NCBI GenBank assembly: GCA_951406725.2
Contig: OX597837.1
Span: forward strand, 11,904,001 to 11,968,000
Reading direction: 5' to 3'
From: Octopus vulgaris
Taxonomy: Eukaryota
DNA: 64,000 bases
The position numbers and the translations under genes are program-made. This document shows, in pieces, positions 51,721 to 64,000 of the stretch. Numbering within the stretch: the stretch's first letter is position 1; the number at the start of each line of letters is the position of its first letter. The notes beneath the pieces were generated by a model. It was given only the letters and a program-made list of their open reading frames with translations, was not told where the DNA came from and did not search any database.

Positions 51721-53199
51721 CATACATACATATCTCTCCCTCTCTCTCTCTATATATATATATCCATCTCTCTCCCTCTCTCCATACACACACATATCTC
51801 GGGTCTAACTTGAATAATTTTGACTTAAAACGAGTTAAAGGTGACAAGAGAAAAGGTTTTTACACGGCCCCTAAGGATCACTTTATATATATATATATAT
51901 ATTGGTCAGTAGTTCATATGTCCGAATGAGTAGCACACTCTAAAACATTAGATAGGTAATATATTTAGAAGGTTGGTTTGTTGAGGCCAGTCAGGGAGTG
52001 ACCATTGGTTTCCAACGTACAAAGGCACTGTATAGGCGGTAGTATGATTTTCAGCAAGTAGTGGTTTTTAATGTAGTAATAATAATAATATTTATACATT
52101 CATTCCATGTTTTTTGTCTTTGGGATCTCTTCTCGTTAACCATTCCTGTCAAGAACAGTGAGCGACAGTTCCACCTCTAAACTGTCCTGACTCGAATCGC
52201 TCAAAGAGCAACCAGCACCCACCCATCCACCCACTATCTTTCTCTCGTCCCGATTTTGTTTACAATTCCGATGACCATTTTTGCGTTTACATATCTTTGA
52301 GCAATTCTAAGAGTGGTTCCTATTCTTCTTCATTGCACCATTGCAGGTTGTGGTGGTGTCCTCTATCTCTCTCTCATCTCTCTCTGCTGCAAAGAATTAA
52401 GGAATGCCTCTTTCACATCCATCAATCTATATTCGTACAATGTCTTTGCCAAGACTAATTTGTTTGAATTTAATCTGAGCCAAACTCTTATAATAATAAC
52501 AGTAATAATATTTAAGAGAACGGCTGTTTTTGTTACTACTACTACTACTACTACTACTAATAATAAAAATAATAATAGTGATGTGGAGTGTTTAGACTCG
52601 CGTTGCCAAAAACTTATTTATAGTAGTATATTAATATATATTTACAGGCACATCCGTCTACTTTTTGAAAATCTATTAATTAGTTCCCTCTCTCTTTCTC
52701 ATATATATACACACAAATTATTAATTAAATTTAGATTTATTCTAATCTCAAAAATATATAATTTGAATTGCTGCAAAATATTGCGCATACACACACAAGT
52801 ATACAATAAATATATATATATATATACACATAGTTGCCCATATGTTACGGATGTATATATATATATAGACCAGTAGAGGCGCGCTTTTTCTAAAAGGAGT
52901 GCTCGTTCTGGGTGTGTGTGTTTGTAATTGTATAAATATAAATAGTAATTGGGGTAAGAAAATAGAAAAATACCATCGATGTACATCGGAATATAGTCTA
53001 GTAGAAATACTGTCATCCTCGTATGTAGAGCTGAGGTATATACATCCAAACTTTTACACACACACACAGACTTATATATATATATATATATAGATAGATA
53101 GATAGATAGATATAGATAGATATATAGTAGGGCATCAGACCTACAAATGGTAATTGTAATATATTCTTCTGGTTGGACTATTTCAAAGCATATGATCAG

Positions 53200-54156
53200 A
53201 GATAGCAGCAAGTGCCCTAGAAAAAATAAGTGTAAACAATAAGAACTCCGACGACCGCGACGTCTCTTTTGAGTGACGTGAAGTTTTTTTTTTCTAAAAG
53301 ATTAATTTTTGGGAAAAGAGTTAAAAGAAGAAGAAAAAAAACAAGTTTGGGAAGAAAGAAAAAGAAGAAATCACAAACGTAGGAGATATTTGTAGACACG
53401 CCCCAGTTTTTTGAGGAAGGAAAAGAAAAGAGAGAGAGAGAAATAGGAAAACAGTGGAGCAACATTTTTTTCTAAAAAAAAGTGAAATATATATATCGTT
53501 TTCTCTCTTTTTCTCTGCTCACTTTTGTGCAAGTGAGTGTCTGCTGCATTTTGGCTGCAAAACTTTGTATTAATTACACTTGAGAAATAAGTGTAGCAAT
53601 GTGGGGACAGCTGTGAAGGAAGGAAAGGAAGCAATTTGTAAACAAGGAGAGAAAAGGGACACCTTGCCTAAACAAATTGAAATCCCTTCTTAAATAAAAA
53701 GAAGGAAGAAATACAAGCGAGAAGAGAACCTTGCCGATCTTGACATTCCACCTTTTCCACCAACTATATATATATATATATCAAACAAAAACCCTTGTTA
53801 AAACGAGAGAAGAGAGCCCTAATTTTGAAATACCTATCTTGTCGCACACAAGTTTTTTTCCACCAACTTTATACTTTATATATGGGACTACCTTTCACTT
53901 AATTTTTTCTTCTGAAGTGAAAAGTAACAAGCATAACCTTCCCAAAAGGAACAAAACTGATCGGATTCAATCTTTCTTTGCTTCTTCTTCTTCTTCATTT
54001 CACACACACACAAACGTTCACTTGTTCACCCTCCTCTCCTTCTTTTTTTCCCCCTCTCTATTTTCTCTCTCTCTATCTATCTCTATCTCTCTCTCTCTCT
54101 CGTCTCGTCTTCTCTATCTGTAATAAACTCACTCTGCGCGGCCGAACGAACCAAAC
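53200..54156 (+). promoter_or_regulatory. Putative promoter / 5' UTR of the MBOAT-like gene
   Basis: TE-free, with local CpG enrichment (53248-53280 including TGACGT; 54135-54150) and a (CT)n tract just upstream of the ATG. Confidence 0.4.
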
Positions 54157-54237
54157 ATGGTATACACGGGCGAATTTTGTATGGGGTCCCGTTTGCTGAC
54201 ACCACTTTCAGATTTCTTCGGTTTACCCATAGACCAG
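54157..54237 (+). CDS. MBOAT2: First coding exon of an MBOAT1/MBOAT2-like lysophospholipid acyltransferase (MVYTGEFCMGSRLLTPLSDFFGLPIDQ)
   Basis: ccaaacATGG Kozak context and CAG|GTATGT donor. GSxLLxPLSxxxxLPIDQ matches the MBOAT2/MBOAT1 N-terminus as I recall it (GSTLLQPLSNAVQLPIDQ|VNF), apparently with the intron at the same position. I did not find later exons in the window. Confidence 0.8.
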
Positions 54238-55668
54238 GTATGTCACAAATTATACCCTTATTTATTCTATTTTATTCAATGTTTTAATATTCCCTTGAAA
54301 CGGTGCGCGATAAGATTTTTTCAGGTCGACTTTGATTTTCAAACTTTCAAGCGAAGGACAGCGGGGCACGATTAAACGAACACCAGTCAAGTATCGAAGT
54401 GGTTGTAGTTATTATTATTATCATTGAGGCCCAGATCTGGCGCTTCAGGCGTGACCATCTCATTTATACACACGTGCGAACTTGTATTTTTCCAAAAGCG
54501 TCTTTATTTTTACAAGGAAGACGAGTGTGATTTGCAGTAGCTTGGCTGCTATTTCTCGCATTTCGGAGCGACCGTGTCATCACCCTGTAACCCTCGCCAG
54601 GCGGTTTGGCTGAATCACTCACGTGTTCGATTAAAAGCTTTTCGCTCTTTAGTCGCGATCTCGTTAACGTTCCGAGTTCCCGAGTTCACGTCCCACCGAA
54701 GTGAACTTTATTCTGTGAACAAACAAACAACTGGTCTTGTTTTGCCACCTCAGTAGAATTACTATCGTTTGTTCAAATCGAAACGTGTGTGTTCTCAGTT
54801 AATTTCATCAACTGGATTAACGCCCATACTGGTGTCTGGCTGAAGGTTTCAATCGACTGATCCTACTGGGATTGTCTCCCCTGTTTAATCTTTTTGTTAT
54901 TGGACTGCAGCCATGCTGGAGTACTTCTGTGAAGGGTTTAGTTGAACTAATCGACACCCCCACCCCACCCCTTTGTGCTTTTAAGTCTGGACCTTGCTCT
55001 ATTCATTATTCTCCTTTGTTGAACTGCTAGGTTACGAGGATGTAGACAAGCCGACACCAATTGTAAAACAATGATAGGTGTGACAGACACACGCACACAT
55101 GGCTCTGGTTGGCCTGGTTGGCCTGGGGTTATAATAGAAGACACTTGCCCAGTGTGCTGCACATTGGGATTGAACCAAAGACCACATGGTTGCGAAGTAA
55201 GCTTCTTAACCACACGGCCACACCTGTTCTTTTATTCTTTTACTTGTTTCAGTCATTTGACTGTGGCCATGCTGGAGCACCACCTTGGAGGTTTTTTTCA
55301 GTTAAATACATCGACCCTGGGACTTATTCTTTATAAGCCTAGTACTTGTTCTGTTGGTTTCTTTTGCCGAACTGCTAAGTTACGGGGGACACAAACACAC
55401 CAGCATCGGTTGTCAAGCAATGCTAGGGGGACAAACACAGACACACACATATATACAAATGCATATACTCTTTTTTTTTTATTCTTTTACTTGTTTCAGT
55501 CATTTGACTGCGGCCATGCTGGAGCACCGCCTTTAGTCGAGCAAATCGACCCCGGAACTTATTCTTTGTAAGCCTAGTACTTATTCTATCGGTCTCTTTT
55601 GCCGAACCACTAAGTAACGGGGACATAAACACACCAGCATCGGTTGTCAAGCAATGCTAGGGGGACAA

Positions 55669-55711
<43 letters not shown>

Positions 55712-58700
55712 CATATATATACGACGGGCTTCTTTCAGTTTCCGTCTACCAAATCCACTCACAAGGCTTTGGTCGGCCCGAGACTATAGTAGAAGACACT
55801 TACCCAAGGGGCCACACAGTGGGACTGAACTCGGGACTATTTTTTTAAAAATCAACCTTATTAAACAAGTTCGTTGCCTGCTAATTACCTGAGTAATTAT
55901 ATTTGATCAAAGTGTTTCTTCTCACTCTATTTACATATGAGAGACCCTGACTGTATGTATGTTCAGTATGCAGAGGGCTCCCCTGAGCTAACAGTCTCGC
56001 AGCCATGCTGTTGGCATTTGTAATCAGCATGCTTGGAGTTCCTTCATTTCTACCCTGCCACCCGATATAGGTGCACTGCATAAACATGGGGTGGTTAAGA
56101 AGTTTGCTCTAGCGCCATGTGGTTTTGCACCCAGCTGTTTCACTACACAGCACATTAAACAAGTGTCCTCCGCTGTGTACTTGTGCCGACCAAAGCCTTG
56201 GTGATGGATTTGGTAGATGGAAACAGAAAGAAGCTCAGTGTGTGTGTGTGTTTATACAGTAGAGTCAATAAAAAGAGTGCAAGGATCTTGCCATAATATA
56301 TATATATATATAGTTTTTTATTTGTTTCAGTCATTTGACTATGGTCATGCTGGAGCACCGCCTTTAGTCAAACAAATCGACCCCAGGGCTTATCCTTTGT
56401 AAGCCTAGTACTTATTCTATCAGTCTCTTTTGCTGAACTGCTAAGTTACGGGGACGTAAACACACAAGTATCAATTGTCAAGCGATGTTGGGGAGACAAA
56501 CACAAACACACAAACATATATATATACATACATATATACATACATATATAATACATACATATGATGGGCTTCTTTCAGTTTCCGTCTACCAAATCCACTC
56601 ATGAGGCTTTTGTTGGCCTGAGGCTATAGTAGGCGACACTTGCCCAAGTTGCCATGCAGTGGGACTGAACTCAGAACTATGTGGTTCGTAAGCAAGCTAC
56701 TTACCACACAGCCACTCCTACACCTATATATATATATATATAAAAGAAGAGTGTATGATTGTGAATAAATCACAATTATAAAGGAGAGTGTTGCAAAAAC
56801 CCTTACATGTCTAGAAATAGCAGTCAAAGCTGCTATAACCACTTGTATTATATCCCTTCACAATTAAAGCTGTCGGCGGGTGACATGACATAAAATTCAA
56901 AACTTAAAAATATATATATACACATATATATGTACATACACACACTCGTCATATGCATGTGTGTATTTGTGTCTCCTTGCCTTGATATGAAGCAGTAGTC
57001 GTAAACGAGAATCACAATCAAACGAGTGATGTCATCATTCTCTCCCAGTCTTCTGGGAAAACCCGTTCAGCCAAGGGGCAAGTTTTATCTCGCTTAGGAA
57101 ACAGGTGAGGGTTGGTAACCAAGAAGGGCGCTCAACAAACTCTATCTGACTCACGCAAGCATTGTAAAGGGAGTGTTCAAGTGCTGTTGACGATGGGAAA
57201 TCAGCCAATTTAGATATAATTGCCAGAAAATGGTAGCATATTTTTTTTCTCTTTAGCAAAAAAAAAAGTTGCATTAATTACAAAAAATAGTGTTAATTAC
57301 TGTGGATATTTTTAATATTAATTTGTAAAATTGTGGGCTGACAGAATTGTTTGTGTGCCTGACAAAAGGGCTCAGTGGTATTTCTACTGCTTCTTTGCAT
57401 TCTGAGTTCAAATACTGCCAAGGTCAACTTCACCTTTCGTCCTTTCCGGGTCAATAAGGTAAAATGCTAGTTTAGGGTGACGAGATGGCAGAATCGTTAG
57501 CACACCGGGTGAAATGCTTATCGGTATTTCGTCCGTCTTTACATTCTGAGTTCAAATTCCACCGAGGTTGACTTTGCCTTTCATCCTTTCGGGGTTGATG
57601 TAATCGACTTAATCCTTTTGTGTGTCCTTGTTTGTCCCCCTAGCCCCCTGTGGGCAATAAAGAAACAAATAAGGTAAAATGCTAGTCAAGTACTGAGGTC
57701 AATGTAATTGATAGACACCCTCCCATCAAAATTGCTGGCCTTGTGCCAAAATTTGAAATGGTTGTTCGTTCCTTTTAAAGCTATGCATTTATTTTTTATC
57801 TTTTACTTGTTTCAGTCATTAGACTGTGGCCATGCTGGGGGCACTGCCTTGAAGAATTATTTTTAGTTGTATGAATTGACCCCAGGGCTTATTTTTTATT
57901 TTTTTAAGAGAAAAAGAGAGAGAGAGCTATCTTCATAAATGTGAATCAAGAAGATTTTGCAATGATTGTGTAATTTTCTCAGTTGATTTATTGAAATACG
58001 TGTATGTTTTATAAAACTTAAAATACAAAATACATTTTGGGATGTAGTCAGTCCACCTGTGCATACCTTTCCTTCTTGTGACACAAATCCTACTTGTGGA
58101 GACCTGTTGAGGCAAGTGAAAATCAAAATCGAAATCGATCAACATCAATGGAATTTGTAGTTGTGATACCAGTGCCGGTGGCACGTAAGAGAACCATCCG
58201 AACGTGGCCGTAGCCAGCGCCGCGTCAACTAGCCTCCGTGCCAGTGGCACGTGACAAACACCATCCAAGCGTGGCCGTTTGCCAGCCTCGTCTGGCACCT
58301 GTGTCAGTGGCACGTAAAAAGCACCCACTACACTCACGGAGTGGTTGGCGTTTAGGAAGGGCATCCAGCTGTAGAAACACTGCCAGATCAGACTGGGCCT
58401 GGTGCAGCCTTCGGGCTTCCCAGACCCCAGTTGAACCGTCCAACCCATGCTAGCATGGAAAGCAAATGTTAAACGATGATGATGATGATTTTCTGTATTT
58501 TTTATTAACACCATACATATGACTTCGTTAGCTCAAATTAGTGTAATTTTATTACATTTCCCTTTTGCAAGCTTTTATAGTTTCACTAGGGTAAGGAGTG
58601 GCTCTTGCAAGTCAGAACATTTTGCGCCTTGCCCTCAGATGTGCGTCTGTTTGTCATGTACTCAGGGTTAGGCACGTTCTTGGTACATGTATGCACATGA

Positions 58701-59879
58701 CCAGTAATAAACATTAATTCATTCAAGTTCACTCACAAAATTTGTTTGTTGTGGTTGTCATGATGGGTCACGCGTCATCCAGACATTCCACATTTGCAGT
58801 GACCAGAACTAATTAAAGTATTCCATTGACTTACACCACACGAGCTTGTAAACGAGCATTGTTCGTTTCTAGTCTTCTCTAAATAAACATGTCTGGCAAT
58901 GTGGTAATAGAACTTTGCTTAGAATCGGGGGAGTGTTGGCGAAGGAAGGGCTTTTGGCTGTACAAAAATTGGCCTCAACAAATTCTGTACAACCCATGGC
59001 AGCATGGAAAAGCAGATGTTTAGACCCATGATGAATAGAGTAGACTAAGTTGTCCTCTTATTGCAAAGACATGTGGCTAAGGTGTTTGGCTTCCAGTTGT
59101 CAGGTTGTGAGTTCAATTCCTAGCGACACATTACATCCTTGAGCAAGACTCTTTTCTTTACGTTGCTCCAGTCTGTTCAGCTGGCAAAAATGTGTAGGAC
59201 CTGTATTTCCAAAGGGGCCAGTCTGGTTACATTCTGCGTTATGCTGAGCTGAGTCTCATTGAGAACTACATTAAGGATATGCGTGTCTGTGGAATACTCT
59301 GCCACTTGCATGTTAATTTCACAAGCAGGCTGTTCCGTTGATCCGATCAGCTGGAACCCTTATTACCATCCACCACTACTTGGCAACCAGTGCTGGTTTG
59401 TTTACGTCCCTGTAACTTAGCAGTCCAGCAAAAGAGAGCAATAGAATAATTACCTGGCTTTAAAAAAAAGAGCCCTGGGGTCAATTTTATGTGAACAAAA
59501 TCTTCCAAGGCAGTGCTCCAGCATGGCCACAGTCAAATGACCTCTCGCACCTATCATACAGTGTCATTCTAAAAGTAAACAATCACTTCATTGAAATCTC
59601 AAACCCACAAAGTAATTAAGTAATTACATAATGAATTCTTTTACTTGTTTCAGTCATTTGACTGCGGCCATGCTGGTGCACCGCCTTTAGTCAAACAAAT
59701 TGACCCCAGGACTTACTCTTTGTAAGCCTAGTACTTATTCTATCGGTCTCTTTTGCCGGACCACTAAGTTACAGAGACATAAACACACCAGCATCAGAAA
59801 CACATGCACACAAACATATATATATATATATATATATATATTACCCCAAACCAGGGACTTTTCAGCATCCCTTCATATA

Positions 59880-60155
59880 TATGGCTTAGTGGTTAAGATG
59901 TTGCACTCACGGTTGCGAGATCGTGGGTTCGATTCCCAGGCCGGGCATTTTATTGTGTTCTTGAGCAGAACGCTTCATTTCACGTTGCTCTGCGATCATT
60001 TCTTCATCTGACATGTGGCACTTGTTGTATCTGTACAGGTAATGTCGATCTGACGGAGGGAGTGAGCTTAGGTCTACACAGACATTTGATCACTATAAAC
60101 GAATCATCTGTCTGGTTGTTCAGTAAGGAATTGTCGAACCCTCATACATCGTCTA
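59880..60155 (+). mobile_element. SINE family D (tRNA-like head, V-domain-like body)
   Basis: tggcttagtggtt...ggttcgattccc followed by gttcttgagcagaacgctt; related copies at ~59070-59360 and 3140-3360(-). Confidence 0.6.
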
Positions 60156-60171
60156 ATTATATATATATATA

Positions 60172-60451
60172 TCACGTGACTGACCAGACCATCAGATGTT
60201 GTTACACATCGCTGGTCACAATGCTCTACGCATTGTTTTAGCCTTCGAATGACGCCACCCCGCTGGCTAAGCGAGCAGGCCAACAGAAGAAAGAGTGAGA
60301 GAAAGAGTGGTGAAAGAGAACAGCAGGGATCACCCTCCCCCTGCCGGAGCCGCGTGGAGCTTTTAGGTGTTTTCGCTCAATAAACACTCACAACGCCCGG
60401 TCTGGGAATCGAAACCGCGAGTCCGCTGCCCTAACCACTTGGCCATTGCGC

Positions 60452-60454
<3 letters not shown>
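60172..60454 (-). mobile_element. SINE family C (tRNA-derived)
   Basis: Minus strand has A box TGGCCAAGTGG and B box GTTTCGATTCC; its 3' part is repeated at 36371-36485. Confidence 0.75.
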
Positions 60455-60511
<57 letters not shown>

Positions 60512-60515
60512 TGTA

Positions 60516-60738
60516 TGCAAGTGTGGGTGCTGAAAAGTTCCTGGTTTTAAGGGTATCACGAAAGGCCTGGCTGGCAGCCCAACCTTCCGAGTTCTTTAAC
60601 AGGGTTTAGAAAAGCTGAAGGACCGCTGCAATAAGTGTGTGAATCTGAGAAGGGAATATGTTGCATAAAATCATAATTAACTGATCCTCCTGTATTTTCT
60701 TCTACTCAAAGCCAGGAACTTTCCAGAACCCCCTCCAA
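60516..60738 (+). mobile_element. Internally deleted mariner element
   Basis: TIRs gggtgctgaaaagttcctgg / ccaggaactttccagaaccc. The interior encodes the mariner C-terminus WLAAQPSEFF..LEKLKDRCNKCVNLRREYV*. Confidence 0.7.
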
Positions 60739-61062
60739 TATATATATATATTACGGAGATGTACTTGCATTGCAAGTAACCTGATCTGAGATCGTGTGCT
60801 GGGATGAAAACAATTGCAGCGTGGAAGGTGTTTATAACCCATTTAAGAAACACACAAAATCCGTCAGATTCACTTTTTGTCAGTGAACAGGTCGCGGTCT
60901 CAAAGCGACGAATATATTTTGACAAATTAAATTTAAATGTTGAAGTGAATCTAACGGGTTTTGTGTGTTTCTTAAATGTCCATGCTGCAATTGTTATATA
61001 TATATATCATCATCATCATCGTTTAACATCCGAGGGTACGGACGCCACTATATATATTATGT

Positions 61063-61319
61063 AGAAAAATACAAACTGGTACAAGAACGTAAAACATTTA
61101 AAAGACAATACAAAAAACACGGATGGGACATTCGAAGCCTTCAATCTTCAGTCAGGAACCGGATCATCGTAACAATTTCGGCTGATTAATCTTGAGATTG
61201 CTCCGATCCGAAATTGCTAGGATGATCCGGTTCTTGACTGAAGATTTAAGGCTTCGAATGTCCCATCCGTGTTTTTTGTATTGTCTTTTAAATGTTTTAC
61301 GTTCTTGTCCCAGTTTGTA

Positions 61320-61326
<7 letters not shown>
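61063..61326. repeat. Long inverted repeat (foldback), ~118-bp arms
   Basis: agaaaaatacaaactgg...caatttcgg pairs with ccgaaattg...ccagtttgtatttttct, with few mismatches. Confidence 0.9.
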
Positions 61327-61407
<81 letters not shown>

Positions 61408-61789
61408 CATGCATGCAGGAGTGGCTGTGTGGTAAGTAGCTTGCTAACCAACCACATGGTTCCGGGTTCAGTCCCGCTGCGTGGAATCTTTGGCAAGTGT
61501 CTTCTGCTATAGCCCCGGGCCGACCAATTCCTTGTGAGTGGATTTGGTAGACGGAAACTGAAAGAAGCCTGTTGTATATATGTATGTATGTGTTTGTACC
61601 CCTAGCATTGCTTGACAACCGATGCTGGTGTGTTTACGTCCCCGTCACTTAGCGGTTCGGCAAAAGAGACCGATAGAATAAGTACTGGGCTTACAAAGAA
61701 TAAGTCCCGGGGTCGAGTTGCTCGACTAAAGGCAGTGCTCCAGCATGGCCGCAGTCAAATGACTGAAGCAAGTAAAAAAAATATATATC

Positions 61790-62308
61790 CGTGGCCCCTA
61801 CCTGGGACGTAGTCAGTCCACCTGTGCATACCTTCCTTCTTGTGACACTTGTGAAGACCTGTTGAGGCAAGTGAAAATCAAAACAAATCAAAATAGATGA
61901 ACATCAATGGAATTTGTATCTTTGTGGTACCAGTGCCGGTGGCACACAAGAAAACCATCCGAATGTGGCCGTAGCCAGTACCGCATCGACTGGCCTCCGT
62001 GCTGTGGGCACGTAACAAACACCATCTGATCGTGGCTGTTTGCCAGCCTCATCTGGTACCTGTGTCGGTGGCACATAAAAACACCATCCGAGCGTGGCTG
62101 TCTGCCAGCCTCGTCTGGCACCTGTGTCGGTGGCACATAAAATCACCCACTACACTCTCGGAGTGGTTGGCGTTAGGAAGGGCATCCAGCTGTAGAAACA
62201 CTGCCAGATCTGACTGGCCTGGTGCAGCCTTCGGGCTCCCCAGACCCCAGTTGAACCGTCCAACCCATGCTAGCATGGAAAGCGGATGTTAAATGATGAT
62301 GATGATGA
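61790..62308 (+). mobile_element. Solo RTE 3' UTR fragment with (GAT)n tail
   Basis: Matches the 3' UTR of the 24969-27180 RTE. Other copies at 1465-1940, 3710-4259, 4678-5195, 8150-8313, 22100-22520(-), 46555-46832, 58040-58488 and 63195-63358. Confidence 0.88.
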
Positions 62309-63654
62309 TATATGTATATGTGTATTGTTCTTTTGAACACCATTTACACATGTAGTATATGTTATTCTGTTAAACACCATATATGCATACAGTATTGTGG
62401 ACCAATCAAATGCAGGCAAACATAATTAGGTCCGTATGTGCACAGTTTAATTAGACACGCACGCACCCACAGTATATTTTGTTTTAATTCACATGGCAGA
62501 CACGCATTCAAACAGGTCAGAGTCTAAACCCTTGTCGACTCATTTTACCTGAGTCCTTCTCCGTCCCCCACTCTTCAGTGTTGTGCTCTTCAGAGAGTGT
62601 TTGTGGGGGGAGGTGTGGAAGGGTTTGGGATAACAAAAGAGAAAAAATAAGTGACCCGGTTTTTCACTGTTGACCTTGTTTTTATTGGAACAAGTCAGAA
62701 CGCCAGAGAAGAGGTACTTGTGAGATTACATACAGCAACAACCACAACAACAATGGTACTGAATGGTAAGGAGAAGGGGATGATAGTGGCACAAAAATAT
62801 TGCTGATGTTGTTGTTGTATTAATGGTTGTTGTTGCTAATGTCAAATTCAGAGATGATGTTGATAACAACTTGACAATAGCAACAACAATGGTATGCTGT
62901 GAGAAGTGTGGTTGTTTAACTCTAGGACTGCACTCGACCAGTAGATCAACATGTGATCAAAAACATTCCAACCATGACCATCACAATTATGATTTTTTTG
63001 TTTTGCAAAGGAGCAGACATGTAAAAACTTGCTTCTCAACCACATGGTTCCAGGTTCAGTTCCACTCTGTAGCACCTTGGGCAAGTATCTTCTACTATAG
63101 CCCCAGGTCGACCAAAGCCTTGTGTATTTGGTAAATGGAAACTAAAAGAAGCCTCTTGTATACATAGATATCTATATGTGTGTCTTTGTACCTCTTGGAG
63201 TGGTTGGCGCTAAGAAGAAGGGCATCAAGCCGTAGAAACCAAGCCACATCAGATTGGAACCTGGTGCAGATCCCCGACTTACCAGTTTTCAGTCAAACCG
63301 TCCAACCCATGCCAGCATGGAAAAACAGATGTTAAATGATGATGATGATGATGATGATGGGTTCAACAAGGCAGACCTATGATAAACACATTTTTTATCA
63401 GGCATATCATCAGCATCATTTTCATTTGACGTCCAATCTTCCATGTTTCCATGACGCAAATGGAATTTGTTGAAGCAAATCTTCTACAGCTCGATGCCCT
63501 ACCTGTCACCATCCTTCACCTGTTTCCAATCAAGGTAATATTTCCTCATGACCAGACAGGTTTTCCATGGAAGACTGGAAACGAACGACACTGTTTCTAT
63601 GACAACGACGCTTGTTTACAACTATCATGCGATGCCAAGACAAGGGTACAGACA

Positions 63655-63887
63655 AGGCGGTGAGCTGGCAGAATCGTTAGCACACCGGGTGAAATGCTTA
63701 GCGGTATTTCGTCTGTCGTTACGTTCTGAGTTCAAATTCTGCCGAGGTCGACTTTGCCTTTCATCCTTTTGGGGTCGATTAAATAAGTACCAGTTACACA
63801 CTGGGGTCGATATAATCGACTTCATCCGTTTGTCTGTCCTTGTTTGTCCCCTCTGTGTTTAGCCCCTTGTGGGCAATAAAGAAATAA
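63655..63887 (+). mobile_element. SINE family B (tRNA-like head plus Meta-domain-like core)
   Basis: Head gagctggcagaatcgttag...gagttcaaattc; the core gcctttcatccttt(c/t)ggggtcgat..aa.taagtacc resembles the MetaSINE central domain as I recall it. Other copies at 19051-19283, 20899-21053, 22630-22858, 23378-23578(-), 33945-34154 and 57475-57665. Confidence 0.8.
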
Positions 63888-64000
63888 GACAAGGGCACAC
63901 CCAAACACATGCGTGCACACACACACGTGTGGACACACATGATGGGCTTCTTTCAGTTTCCATTTACCAAATCCACTTTCAAGGCTTTGGTTGACTCTGG

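Noticed and set aside
59880-59945. tRNA gene
   Set aside because: A and B boxes are present, but there is no closed acceptor stem and the sequence continues into a SINE body; the same holds for all SINE heads.

Overview
AT-rich, repeat-dense eukaryotic genomic DNA, most likely from a coleoid cephalopod (Octopus-like). This is inferred from the tRNA-derived SINE families, RTE LINEs with (GAT)n tails and long (TA)n tracts. Two host genes lie head-to-head. (1) Minus strand: a PHF20/PHF20L1-like (MBD-R2-like) chromatin reader. I assembled ten phase-compatible GT-AG coding exons by hand from 29685 down to the left edge. They encode two N-terminal Tudor domains and a long low-complexity linker, and the gene runs off the window. 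A possible first exon (MASNKA) lies at about 42.3 kb. (2) Plus strand: the first coding exon of an MBOAT1/2-like lysophospholipid acyltransferase at 54157-54237. The rest is intronic or intergenic and filled with SINEs, RTE/CR1 LINE fragments, piggyBac-, Merlin-, mariner- and Helitron-type non-autonomous elements, foldback hairpins and microsatellites. The most notable observations are a dense cluster of unused 5' splice-site motifs deep in the intron after the Tudor exons, a uORF whose UAG abuts the main AUG, an intronic CpG island with a CTCF motif and a perfect palindrome, and an RTE insertion carrying a templated copy of neighbouring host sequence. No prokaryotic-type system, CRISPR array, rRNA or true tRNA gene is supported.
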